Positions 52,732 through 61,816 of a DNA stretch of 64,000 nucleotides are shown in pieces (position 1 is the first letter of the stretch; every line of letters starts with the position of its first letter). The stretch spans positions 3,523 to 67,522 of the forward strand of contig JAPKBZ010000015.1 in NCBI GenBank assembly GCA_028823175.1. The letters are read 5' to 3'. A program made the position numbers and the translations under genes. Below the pieces are notes generated by a model. The model was not told the DNA's origin. It searched no databases and saw only the letters and a list, made by a program, of their open reading frames with translations. Source of the DNA: Myxococcota bacterium (GTDB lineage: Bacteria; Myxococcota_A; UBA9160; UBA4427).

Positions 52732-53496
52732 ATGCCCCGTTCCCAAGACGAATCGCCACGCCTGCCCGAGCCCTCAGCGGCCAGCAGGATCGCCACCCTA
52801 CGCAAACCCGCGCTCGGCCTCGCCGCGGTCGCGGCGCTCTTTGTCCTGGCTCGAAGCGCCGGGGACCCACTCCTCGAGGCCGTGGCCTGGGTCGAGGGAT
52901 TGGGGCCCCTCGGGCCCGTCGTCTTCATCGTGCTCTACGTGTTCGCCACCGTATTCTTCATCCCCGGATCGATCCTGACCCTCGCCGGCGGAGCTCTCTT
53001 CGGCTTGGCGGGCGGGTTGGTCTACGTCTTCATCGCTGCTTTTACGGGCTCATCCCTCGCGTTCCTGATCGCGCGCTACGGCGCCCGAGCCTGGGTCGAG
53101 GAGCGACTCGGATCGAATCCCCAATTCGAAGCCCTCGACCGCGCCGTGGCCGAGGAGGGGCTCAAGATCACCTTCTTGCTGCGCCTGTCCCCGGTCTTCC
53201 CCTTCAATTTTTTGAACTATGGCCTAGGGCTAACTCGGGTCAGCCTGCGGGACTACATGATCGCCTCCCTGGGCATGCTTCCCGCCACTTTTCTGTACGT
53301 CTACTCGGGCCGGGTCATCGGCGACGTGGCTCTGCTGGCCGGGGGCGCCAGCCCCGAACGCGGTGCGGGCTACTACGCGCTTCTCGCCCTCGGCCTCGCG
53401 GCAACAGTCGCCGTGACCGCCGTCGTCACGCGCACCGCTCGCCGCGCCCTCGCCAACACCAACCCGGCCCCCGAATCCCAGAAAGAGGATCAATAG
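52732..53496 (+). CDS. TVP38/TMEM64 (DedA/VTT) family membrane protein
   Basis: PGSILTLAGGALFG, FLIARY, LLRLSPVFPFNFLNYGLG, GMLP. Confidence 0.92.
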   Translation: MPRSQDESPRLPEPSAASRIATLRKPALGLAAVAALFVLARSAGDPLLEAVAWVEGLGPLGPVVFIVLYVFATVFFIPGSILTLAGGALFGLAGGLVYVFIAAFTGSSLAFLIARYGARAWVEERLGSNPQFEALDRAVAEEGLKITFLLRLSPVFPFNFLNYGLGLTRVSLRDYMIASLGMLPATFLYVYSGRVIGDVALLAGGASPERGAGYYALLALGLAATVAVTAVVTRTARRALANTNPAPESQKEDQ

Positions 53497-53499
53497 GCC

Positions 53500-55020
53500 A
53501 TGCTTTCCCATAGCGACTCCGACCGCCGCCTGCTCGACCTCGTGCATCCCTCGGAATGGCACAACCCTTCGTCGAGGGGGCGCTACAACCTGGTGGTGGT
53601 CGGCGCTGGGACCGCGGGCCTAGTGACCGCAGCCGGAGCGGCAGGCCTTGGCGCCCGGGTGGCCCTGGTGGAGCGGGCCGAACTCGGAGGCGACTGCCTC
53701 AACGTGGGTTGCGTACCCTCGAAGAGTCTCTTGCGCAGTGCCCACGCCGCGGCCGAACTGCGCGAGGCCGAGGCCCTGGGCGTGCGCGGCAGTGGCGGCG
53801 GCTCGGTGGACTTCGCCGCCGCGATGGATCGAATGCGCGCCGTCAGGGCCCGCATCGCCCCCAACGATTCCGCCGCCCGCTTCAGCGAGGAATTGGGCGT
53901 CGATGTCTTCTTCGGCGAGGGTCGTTTCAGCGGCCGGCGCCAGCTCGAGGTCGCGGGCGAGACCCTCAAATTCAGCAAGGCAGTGATCGCCACCGGGGCC
54001 CGGGCCGCGGTGCCCCCCATCCCCGGACTCGAAGAAGCCGGCTACCTGACCAACGAAAATGTTTTCGATCTCGAGGTACTCCCGGCCAGGCTCCTCGTGC
54101 TCGGGGGCGGGCCCCTGGGCTGTGAACTCGCCCAATCCTTTGCCCGCATGGGGGCGAGGGTCACCCTGGTGGAACTCGCCGACCAATTCCTCCCGCGAGA
54201 GGATCCCGAGGCCGCCCAGCTGCTCTTCGAACAACTCGAGCGCGACGGCGTCGAGGTGCGGCTCTCGACCTCTCTGGGCCGGGTCGAGGGCACGCCGGGC
54301 GGAGAAAAGCGCGCGCTTCTCACGCGAGGGGGCTCGGAGGAGAGCGTGGCCTGTGACCAGATCCTGGTTGCGGTGGGGCGGGCCCCCAACGTCGACGGCA
54401 TCGGGCTCGAGGCCGCGGGCGTCGTTCATGACCGGCTTCGGGGAGTCCACGTCAACGACACTTTTCGTACCACCAACCCGAATATCTATGCCGCAGGCGA
54501 CGTCTGCATGGCGCACAAATTCACCCACGCCGCGGATTTCGCCGCTCGAGCAGTCATCCAAAACGCGCTCTTCGCCGTCGGTCCCTTCGGGCGCAAGAAG
54601 CACAGTGAGATGACGATTCCCTGGTGCACCTACACCGACCCCGAGATCGCTCAGGTCGGCCTGGGGGAAGCCGAAGCCGCCGAGCAGGGGGTCGAGATCG
54701 AGACCTTCACCCGCCCCTTCTCCGAGGTCGATCGTGCCATCGCGGACGGGCGCGACGCCGGCTTCGTCAAGATCCGGGTGGCCCGGGGAAGCGACCGCAT
54801 CCTGGGCGCCACGGTGGCGGGCTACGGAGCCAGCGACCTGATCGGCGAAATCGCCGTCGCCCAGGCCGCCGGCCTGGGGCTGGGTGCCCTGGCCGCGGTC
54901 ATTCATCCCTACCCGAGCCGGGCCGAAGCCATCCGGCAATTGGGCGACGCCTATAACCGAACCCGCCTGACCCCCGGCGTCAAGCGACTCTTCAAGCGTT
55001 ATCTGGATTTCCGCCGCTAA
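53500..55020 (+). CDS. Class I pyridine nucleotide-disulfide oxidoreductase (mercuric reductase/LpdA-like, not true MerA)
   Basis: GAGTAG, GGDCLNVGCVPSK, GGGPLGCE, AAGDV, FTHAA, IHPYP; no C-terminal Cys-Cys pair. Confidence 0.9.
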   Translation: MLSHSDSDRRLLDLVHPSEWHNPSSRGRYNLVVVGAGTAGLVTAAGAAGLGARVALVERAELGGDCLNVGCVPSKSLLRSAHAAAELREAEALGVRGSGGGSVDFAAAMDRMRAVRARIAPNDSAARFSEELGVDVFFGEGRFSGRRQLEVAGETLKFSKAVIATGARAAVPPIPGLEEAGYLTNENVFDLEVLPARLLVLGGGPLGCELAQSFARMGARVTLVELADQFLPREDPEAAQLLFEQLERDGVEVRLSTSLGRVEGTPGGEKRALLTRGGSEESVACDQILVAVGRAPNVDGIGLEAAGVVHDRLRGVHVNDTFRTTNPNIYAAGDVCMAHKFTHAADFAARAVIQNALFAVGPFGRKKHSEMTIPWCTYTDPEIAQVGLGEAEAAEQGVEIETFTRPFSEVDRAIADGRDAGFVKIRVARGSDRILGATVAGYGASDLIGEIAVAQAAGLGLGALAAVIHPYPSRAEAIRQLGDAYNRTRLTPGVKRLFKRYLDFRR

Positions 55021-55086
55021 TCCCTGGAGATCGAGAAGGCCCTCGAGCGATTGAGCGGGGCGCCTCCCGCGCTACCCTGCTCCGCC

Positions 55087-55695
55087 ATGCCCCTCCCCAT
55101 TACCGTCGTCAGCGGCAGCCCGCGCTCGGGCACTTCGATGATGATGAGCGTGCTCGAAGCCGCTGGCCTGCCCCTACTCTGCGACGGCAAGCGCCCGTCC
55201 GACGCGTCGAACCCACGGGGCTATTTCGAACTCGAGGCGGTCAAGGGCACCCGGAAAGACCCACGCTGGCTGGAGCGCGCGGAGGGGCACGCGGTCAAGG
55301 TCGTCCACGCCCTGCTCGATGCGCTCCCCGAGCAGTACGCGTATCGAGTCCTCCTCATGCGCCGCCCTCTCAAATCGGTGGTCGCCTCCCAGAACCGGAT
55401 GCTCGAGCGCCTGGGCCGACCCACAGGCGAAGCCGACGCCGAGCGTCTGTCGCAAATCCTGTCGGCCCAGCTCGACGAGGCCCGCCAACTCCTCGACGAG
55501 CGGGCCTGTTTCGAGTGGATCGAGGTCGACTACCCCGGGCTCATCGCCGACCCCCTTTCCCGGCTTCGGCCCCTCGGTGCTTTTCTCGACCTCCCCCTTG
55601 ATTCGCCTTCCATAATCGAGTGCATTAGGCCCGAGCTCAACCACGCAACGAGCCCACCCGCCCCAAGGGGCGCTACCGGCGTTGGAGATATTTGA
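55087..55695 (+). CDS. Sulfotransferase family protein
   Basis: 5'-PSB VSGSPRSGTSMMM, NPRGYFE, 3'-PB MRRP..VVASQ. Confidence 0.85.
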   Translation: MPLPITVVSGSPRSGTSMMMSVLEAAGLPLLCDGKRPSDASNPRGYFELEAVKGTRKDPRWLERAEGHAVKVVHALLDALPEQYAYRVLLMRRPLKSVVASQNRMLERLGRPTGEADAERLSQILSAQLDEARQLLDERACFEWIEVDYPGLIADPLSRLRPLGAFLDLPLDSPSIIECIRPELNHATSPPAPRGATGVGDI

Positions 55696-56126
55696 TGACC
55701 CTGCCCAACCACCCAGACCGCCCTCGCTGCGCGGCCCTGATCCTGCCCGGGCTATTGCTGACCCTGCTGGTGCTCCCCGCCTGCAGCCCCGGGGACCCGG
55801 CCAGCATTCGCCTCGTCAGCCAGGCCGAGGTCTCCGAAAGCCTCGGCGATGCCGAGGCCCCGCTCCTGCTCGACGTTCGCACCCCGCGAGAGTTCCAGAG
55901 CAGCCATATCCCCGGCGCCGTCCACATCCCCGATACGGAAATTCTCGCACGCCTCGACGAGCTGCGGCAGGAGAGCGCGGACCGGGGCGTCGTCATCTAC
56001 TGCGAGAGCGGGGGCCGAGCCCTCCGAACCGCAAGCACCCTGCTCGACCAGGGCTTTACGAATATCGGACACCTCGATGGGGACATGTTGGCCTGGCGTC
56101 AAGCCGACCTGCCCACCGAGCCCTGA
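55695..56126 (+). CDS. Rhodanese-like domain lipoprotein
   Basis: Lipobox-like LVLPAC; LLDVRTPREF..HIPGA, YCESGGRA, LDGDMLAW; TGATG overlap with the sulfotransferase gene. Confidence 0.88.
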   Translation: MTLPNHPDRPRCAALILPGLLLTLLVLPACSPGDPASIRLVSQAEVSESLGDAEAPLLLDVRTPREFQSSHIPGAVHIPDTEILARLDELRQESADRGVVIYCESGGRALRTASTLLDQGFTNIGHLDGDMLAWRQADLPTEP

Positions 56127-56223
56127 TCCCGAGAAGCGAGTCCCGGCCGACCCCAGCGGTGGCCACTCACCCCCTACACCCGCCCCGATTGAGGGGCTTT
56201 CAATTGCGGAGACAGCGAAGACC

Positions 56224-56778
56224 ATGCCGAACCTTCTTCGATTCATCGGGCTGGCCCACAACACCAAACCCAGCGCCAGCGAGCAGGCCGACGAAGCCCT
56301 GCACCCCATCGTGGAGGCCCTGGAAGGCCTCGAGCCCAAGAGGGCCCGTTTCTTCGCCGCTTTCGCCTACGTCCTCGCGCGGGTCGCCGGGGCTGACTTG
56401 CGCGTGGAGGCCGAGGAAACCGAGTCCATGGTGGCCACCCTGGCCGAATTGACCGCGATCTCCGAGGACGAAGCGCGCCTCGCGGTACGGATCGCGAGTT
56501 CTCGCATGGACGACCTGGAGGCCACCCACAACTACCTCGTCACCCGGGAGTTCGGAAAACTCAGCGATACAGCCGAGAAAATCCAGCTAATCGAGTGCCT
56601 CTACGCCGTCGCCGCCGCCGACGGAACGATCACCGGAGACGAGAGCAATGAGGTCGCGGGTATCGCGGAAGAGATCGGGCTCTCTCGCCCCGATGCCGTC
56701 GCCTTGCGCTCGCGATTCCGCGACAAACTCGCCGAATTTCAAAAACTCGACGGCGAGCGAGGCTCGGCGAAGGACTAG
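56224..56778 (+). CDS. TerB family (tellurite-resistance/DjlA N-terminal-like) protein
   Basis: VAGADLRVEAEE and VAAADGTITGDE..IAEEIGL duplicated motifs. Confidence 0.82.
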   Translation: MPNLLRFIGLAHNTKPSASEQADEALHPIVEALEGLEPKRARFFAAFAYVLARVAGADLRVEAEETESMVATLAELTAISEDEARLAVRIASSRMDDLEATHNYLVTREFGKLSDTAEKIQLIECLYAVAAADGTITGDESNEVAGIAEEIGLSRPDAVALRSRFRDKLAEFQKLDGERGSAKD

Positions 56779-57458
56779 CTTCGCACTAGGAGCAGGGTAC
56801 GCGGGTCGAGGCCCACGTGGAGGTCGTGAAGGTCCTCGTTCTCGTGATCCTTGATCGCACGCAGGGTAATTTCGTCACCCTTGGCTTCAAGGGTCACGAT
56901 CACGTTCAAGGCCTCTTCCACCCCGGAGACCGAGGCCAGTCCCTCGCTGCCGCCCGTGGTCTCCAAGGTCATCCAGGCCTCGGCTGCCAGGCCGGCCAAC
57001 AGAGAACGAATCCCCTCGACGTCATCCTGGGTAATCTGCTCCGCGTCCAAACCGTCGATCACGATCAGGGTAGGCCTGGCACCCGCCTGGACCTCCACCT
57101 TGAGCGCATCGCTGAGCTTGCTCACGCTGAAGCCAGCCTTCCGGTACGAACGGATCCGGCGGTGGTCATCGATTTCGGCGTGGCTGGCGGTGGGGTCATC
57201 CAAGTGCGTACTCGCCGCCAGGGCCAAATAAACCGTGTCGTAATAATCGCGCACGTGGGAAACCGTCTGGTCCAGAGCCACGTGGAGCACCGTGCCTCCC
57301 CGCAACAATTCGTCGATCGACACCCCAACCAGGAAGGATGTTTTTCCGACGCCGGGGCCGGCGATGCAGGCACCGACGTTGCCCACGCCCAGGCCTCCGT
57401 GAAGGCCTTTCTCAAACAGCCTCATCGGGCTGCGCGCATTTACAAATTTTCTATACAT
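56775..57458 (-). CDS. Single-domain RecA/KaiC-like P-loop ATPase of unknown function
   Basis: GGLGVG, Walker A AGPGVGKT, VLHVALDQ, Walker B LIVIDG. Confidence 0.78.
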   Translation of the reverse strand: MYRKFVNARSPMRLFEKGLHGGLGVGNVGACIAGPGVGKTSFLVGVSIDELLRGGTVLHVALDQTVSHVRDYYDTVYLALAASTHLDDPTASHAEIDDHRRIRSYRKAGFSVSKLSDALKVEVQAGARPTLIVIDGLDAEQITQDDVEGIRSLLAGLAAEAWMTLETTGGSEGLASVSGVEEALNVIVTLEAKGDEITLRAIKDHENEDLHDLHVGLDPRTLLLVRS

Positions 57459-57486
57459 CGGGCCAAACTCCTGGCACCCAACGCGA

Positions 57487-59589
57487 CTATTCCTCGTCGT
57501 CGGGAATCTTCGAGTGGTACTTCTCCTTGAGTTCCTTCTGGATCTCAGACGGCGCGGGCGAGTACTTCGCGAATTCCATGCTGAACTCGGCCTTGCCCTG
57601 GGTCATGGAGCGGAGATCCGTGGCGTAACCGAACATCTCGCTGAGCGGCACCTCGGCTTCCACCCGCGTGAAACCATCCTCTTCGGTGGATCCGATTATG
57701 TGTCCACGACGTTGCATGATGGTTTTCAAGATAGCGCCCTGAAATTCGCCGGGGCCCTCGACCTCGAGTTTCATGATGGGCTCCAGAATCTGGGGCTTTG
57801 CCTCTCCGTAGAATTTCCGGAAAGCACCGCGAGCCGCGGCCTGGAAAGCCATTTCCGATGAATCGACGCTATGGGACTGACCGTCGTTGATCACCACCCG
57901 AAGGCCGAGCACCGGGAAGCCAATCAGCCGCCCCTTGTCCAGAGACTGCCTGAAACCCTTCTCAACAGCGGGGATATACTCCGTCGGAATCGAGCCGCCT
58001 CGAATCGCGCTGACAAACTGGAAGTCCTGGTCGCCATCGTCCCCATCGGGAATCGGCTCCACGTAGCCCGCAACTCGGCCAAACTGACCCGAACCGCCCG
58101 TCTGCTTCTTGTGGGTATAGGTGAAATCGACCTTACGCGAGATCGTCTCTCGAAAAGCCACCTGGGGCTGACCGGTTTCCACTTCGCAGTCGTATTCCCG
58201 CTTCATCCGCTCGACGTAAACATCGAGATGCAGTTCGCCCATCCCCGAGATGATCGTCTCGTTGCTCTCCGGATCAACGGCCGAACGGAAGGTGGGATCC
58301 TCGCGCACGAAGCGACCCAGAGCCTTGCCCATATTGTCGGAGCTCTTCTGGTCCTTGGGCTTGATGGAAAGCGAGATCACCGGGTCGGGCACATGCATGG
58401 AAGTCATGGCCATATCGATCTTGCCGTCGGTAAAGGTGTCGCCGGAAGCACAATCGATCCCGAAAAGGGCCACGATATCGCCTGCCGAGGAGGAATCGAT
58501 TTCCTCCATCTCGTCGGCGTGCATCCGAATCAGTCGTCCGACCTTGACCTTCTTCTTGTTCCTTGAGTTGTAGATCGTGCTGCCCTTAGCAAGCGTGCCC
58601 TGATAGACACGCAGGTAGGTGAGCTGTCCGTATCGGGTATCCTCAAGCTTGAAGGCGAGGGCCACAAGGGGCTTCTCGGGGTCGCTATAGACTTCGATCT
58701 CGGCCTCATCATTCGAGAGATCGACACCCGTATTCTTGATATCCAGGGGAGAGGGCAGGTATGCCCTGACGGCATCGAGCAGGGGCTGAACGCCCTTGTT
58801 CTTGTAGGCCGAGCCGAGGAAAACCGGAGTCAAATCCATCGAGAGAGTGCCGATCCGCGTGGCTTCGTGGATCAACTCCTCGGTGACGTTCTCTTCGAGA
58901 ATCGCCTCGGTGAGATCATCGGAGAACATGGAAACTGCATCGAGCATGGTCTCCCGCGCGATAGCGACGGCATCTTTCATGCCGTCCGGGATTTCTTCCT
59001 CCACGATCTCTTCACCGTTCTCGCCGAGGAACATCAGCGCCTTCAAACGGACCAGGTCGACCACACCCTCGAACTCTGACTCAAGGCCGATGGGAAGTTG
59101 GAACAGCACGGCATTATGGCCCAGCTTCTCTCGCAGCTGCCCCGTGACCTTGGCGGGATCTGCGCCCGAGCGATCCAGCTTGTTGATGAATGCGATCCGC
59201 GGAACCTTATATCGCTTCATCTGGCGATCCACGGTCATGGACTGGGACTGCACGCCCGCCACGCCGCAAAGAATCAGCACGGCTCCGTCGAGCACGCGGA
59301 GAGCCCTCTCCACCTCGATGGTGAAATCCACGTGACCCGGGGTGTCAATGATATTGATCTCGGAATCTCCCCAGAGGCAATGCGTCGCCGCCGAAGCGAT
59401 GGTGATTCCGCGCTCGCGTTCGAGCTCCATGGAGTCCATGGTGGCCCCGACCTCATCCTTGCCGCGAACCTCATGGATCGCGTGGATGCGCCCGGTGTAG
59501 AAGAGCACGCGCTCGGTCAGGGTCGTCTTGCCCGAGTCGATGTGTGCGCTGATTCCGATATTTCTGACTTTTTCGATGTCGCTAGCCAT
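57487..59589 (-). CDS. fusA: Elongation factor G (EF-G1, spirochete/delta/mitochondrial-type)
   Basis: [59 protein letters not shown]; not flanked by rpsL/rpsG/tuf. Confidence 0.97.
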   Translation of the reverse strand: MASDIEKVRNIGISAHIDSGKTTLTERVLFYTGRIHAIHEVRGKDEVGATMDSMELERERGITIASAATHCLWGDSEINIIDTPGHVDFTIEVERALRVLDGAVLILCGVAGVQSQSMTVDRQMKRYKVPRIAFINKLDRSGADPAKVTGQLREKLGHNAVLFQLPIGLESEFEGVVDLVRLKALMFLGENGEEIVEEEIPDGMKDAVAIARETMLDAVSMFSDDLTEAILEENVTEELIHEATRIGTLSMDLTPVFLGSAYKNKGVQPLLDAVRAYLPSPLDIKNTGVDLSNDEAEIEVYSDPEKPLVALAFKLEDTRYGQLTYLRVYQGTLAKGSTIYNSRNKKKVKVGRLIRMHADEMEEIDSSSAGDIVALFGIDCASGDTFTDGKIDMAMTSMHVPDPVISLSIKPKDQKSSDNMGKALGRFVREDPTFRSAVDPESNETIISGMGELHLDVYVERMKREYDCEVETGQPQVAFRETISRKVDFTYTHKKQTGGSGQFGRVAGYVEPIPDGDDGDQDFQFVSAIRGGSIPTEYIPAVEKGFRQSLDKGRLIGFPVLGLRVVINDGQSHSVDSSEMAFQAAARGAFRKFYGEAKPQILEPIMKLEVEGPGEFQGAILKTIMQRRGHIIGSTEEDGFTRVEAEVPLSEMFGYATDLRSMTQGKAEFSMEFAKYSPAPSEIQKELKEKYHSKIPDDEE

Positions 59590-59895
59590 GATTCGCCTCA
59601 ATATAAGCACGGAGCGGAGGGCATACAGTGCCACTTCCGACGGGTGGTCGATCTCAATACCGCGCAGTTTCGGGGGGTTATTGGAAGATCGAGCGGGCGC
59701 ACACTAGCCAGCCATCGCCCACTCTGCGACCCCCAAAAGTGCCGGATTGCGCTCGCAAGCCATACTGCCCCGAGGGGAAGCGCCGCTGGGGGCGCCCGAC
59801 GCGTCGCCGAACCCTGGATTTACCCCGAGAAGAGGCCGCACCGAACAGCGCAGTGGAGCCCACCCCGGCGTCCGGAAGCGGCGGGGCGTGAGCGC

Positions 59896-60828
59896 CTAGC
59901 GGAGGACGTCTCCGGGCGAGAGCCCCGACTCCCCGGCGCTGAGCTTCTTGCCCCCAGGACCGCGAACCCGGCTGATTCGTAGAATGATTTCGCCCGCCCC
60001 GGCCACACCCATCGCCCCCTGGGAAGCGACATCGAGCACCGTTCCCGGCTCGGCTCCGTGGGCCGCCCGCTCGGCCACGCAGCCGAAGAGCCGATAGACC
60101 TCGCCGTCGTACTCGGCCCAGGCCGCGGGCTGGGGGTCGCAGCCCCGAATCAGCCGGTCGATCTCCTCGCCGGGCCGGCTCCAGTCGATCCGCGCGACCC
60201 CGTCGTCGACAAGCCCTTGAAAACTGGCCCCCGCGTTGCCCTGAGGGGTGAGGACCGCGCTTCCGTCGGCCACCGCTGCGACCGCCTCACTCATGGCTTC
60301 GATGCCCAGGGGGTAGAGTTCATCGAAATAGAGCGATGCACTCGTGGCCTCGGAGCCGATGCTCACCCCGCCCTTCTGGATCACGATGGGCCCGGTATCC
60401 ACCCCCTCGTCGGGCCGAAAGACCGTCACCCCGCTCTCCTCGGCGCCCTCGATGATCTGCCAGGCCAGGGCGTTGCCCCCGCGAAACCGGGGAAGCAGCG
60501 AGGGGTGAAAGCAAAGCGAACCCAAGCGCGCGCCCTCGACGATCTCGGGGGGCAGGATGACCGTCGTAAAGGCGAGGACGTTCAGGTCAGCCTCGTGCGA
60601 TCGGTACTCGCTCACCCGCTCGGGCATGGCAACGCCCTTGCGGCGGTAGGCCTTGTGGCGATAGAGCGACCAGCCCCGCTCTTCGCTCTCGGCGGCCAGA
60701 GGATCGACGCGGCCTCGCGCGGCCGGGGGCACATGAACCGCCACCAGTTCGTGCCCCGCTTCGGCCAATCGCAGGGCCACATCTCGCCCGAAGGGGGCCT
60801 GTCCAAAGAGTGCGATCCGGAGTCCCAT
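59896..60828 (-). CDS. Formyltransferase family protein (Fmt / 10-formyl-THF dehydrogenase N-terminal-like)
   Basis: RIALFGQAPFG, FHPSLLPRFRGG, DEGVDTGP, ARIDW..RLIRGCDPQPAAW. Confidence 0.85.
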   Translation of the reverse strand: MGLRIALFGQAPFGRDVALRLAEAGHELVAVHVPPAARGRVDPLAAESEERGWSLYRHKAYRRKGVAMPERVSEYRSHEADLNVLAFTTVILPPEIVEGARLGSLCFHPSLLPRFRGGNALAWQIIEGAEESGVTVFRPDEGVDTGPIVIQKGGVSIGSEATSASLYFDELYPLGIEAMSEAVAAVADGSAVLTPQGNAGASFQGLVDDGVARIDWSRPGEEIDRLIRGCDPQPAAWAEYDGEVYRLFGCVAERAAHGAEPGTVLDVASQGAMGVAGAGEIILRISRVRGPGGKKLSAGESGLSPGDVLR

Positions 60829-60961
60829 GGCCGCGGAGACTAACACGGCGAGGCCCAGGGCACTCCCAGGCTAAACGCCCGAGGGGCCTAGATTGGAACT
60901 CGATTGCGGTCCCCAACCAAGCCCTTGGACCGTGCGCCCGGGGAAGACTCAACCCCCGGAT

Positions 60962-61198
60962 TCAGGGAGCGTTCTGGCCTTCCCGAAGACGGAAGGTGAT
61001 AAAACCGTGGGTGGGGTCATAGGGAGAGAGACCCACAGTGACGCGATCGCCCGGGATCACGCGAATTCGAAAGCGGCGCATCCGGCCGGAGAGCTGGGCA
61101 GTGACCGTCTGGCCCGACTCGAGGGTAATCTGATAGCGACCTCCGCCGAGGATCTTGTCGACGCTTCCCGTCGCCTGAATCAGGTCGTCTCGAGCCAA
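60962..61198 (-). CDS. infA: Translation initiation factor IF-1
   Basis: GGAG RBS and TTG start; ARDDLIQATG, LSGRMRRFRIRVIPGDRVTVGLSPYD..G.ITFR. Confidence 0.95.
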   Translation of the reverse strand: MARDDLIQATGSVDKILGGGRYQITLESGQTVTAQLSGRMRRFRIRVIPGDRVTVGLSPYDPTHGFITFRLREGQNAP

Positions 61199-61394
61199 AT
61201 GCCATTCTCCATGAGTTGCCGGGTGAGGATCGTACCAGTAAGGCCTCAGAAACCCGGCGGGCCAGAATTTCGGCAAGCAGGCCGGAGTGCGTTCTGGGCC
61301 GCGGGCACCCTAGCACGGGGGGGTGGGTCCGGCGAGAAAATGACCGCCGGAATGGGCAGCATCCCGGGCCCGGGATGCTAATTTCCGGCCCGCT

Positions 61395-61486
61395 GGAGAG
61401 GTGCCGGAGTCCGGTCGAACGGGCCTGATTCGAAATCAGGTGAAGGTGCAAGCCTTCCGTGGGTTCGAATCCCACCCTCTCCGCCA
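61395..61486 (+). tRNA. tRNA-Ser (anticodon CGA)
   Basis: Acceptor GGAGAGG/CCTCTCC, discriminator G, encoded CCA; anticodon arm CCTGA-TTCGAAA-TCAGG; long variable arm; T arm GTGGG-TTCGAAT-CCCAC. Confidence 0.97.
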
Positions 61487-61529
61487 TGGCCGCGCTGCTA
61501 TCCGTCTCCAATCGATGCGCCGGATCCGT

Positions 61530-61558
61530 TTGACCCTGGGCCCTCACGGCTGTACTTT
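61530..61558 (+). promoter_or_regulatory. Sigma70-type promoter of ffs
   Basis: TTGACC-N17-TACTTT ending about 8 nt before the SRP RNA stem. Confidence 0.7.
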
Positions 61559-61566
61559 CGCCGCCT

Positions 61567-61698
61567 GTGTGCCGAGGGGTGACCGCAGGGTCCCGCTCGA
61601 GTTTGGGACCCTGTGAACCCGGTCAGATCCGGAAGGAAGCAGCCGTAGCAGGATATCGGCTGCGAGTGGGGGCGCCCTGCGGTCTCTCGTCGGCATAC
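61567..61698 (+). ncRNA. ffs: Signal recognition particle RNA (4.5S type)
   Basis: Helix-8 motif GTCAGATCCGGAAGGAAGCAGC inside a long stem (GTGTGCCGA..GACCGCAGGG / CCCTGCGGTC..TCGGCATAC); usual position upstream of dnaX. Confidence 0.93.
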
Positions 61699-61816
61699 TC
61701 TGAATTCGCCCGGGGGCCGGTGCATCGGCGGCCCGGGTCCACCCCCTTAAAATTTCGACTCAACCCCATGGTCCCGGGGCTTTCGACCCGGAACCGAACT
61801 CAAGCAGAGAGTTTCC

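Noticed and set aside
53500-55020. Mercury resistance (merA)
   Set aside because: No C-terminal Cys-Cys, no NmerA domain, and no merR/T/P nearby.
56775-57458. Circadian KaiC
   Set aside because: Single domain, no kaiB/kaiA, and it lacks the KaiC EE and phosphosite motifs.
59640-59890. Structured RNA in the fusA upstream region
   Set aside because: Only imperfect GC-rich inverted repeats, as expected by chance at this GC content; no family signature.
61395-61570. Integrative element at tRNA-Ser
   Set aside because: No integrase and no duplicated tRNA 3' end seen; ffs-dnaX follows directly.
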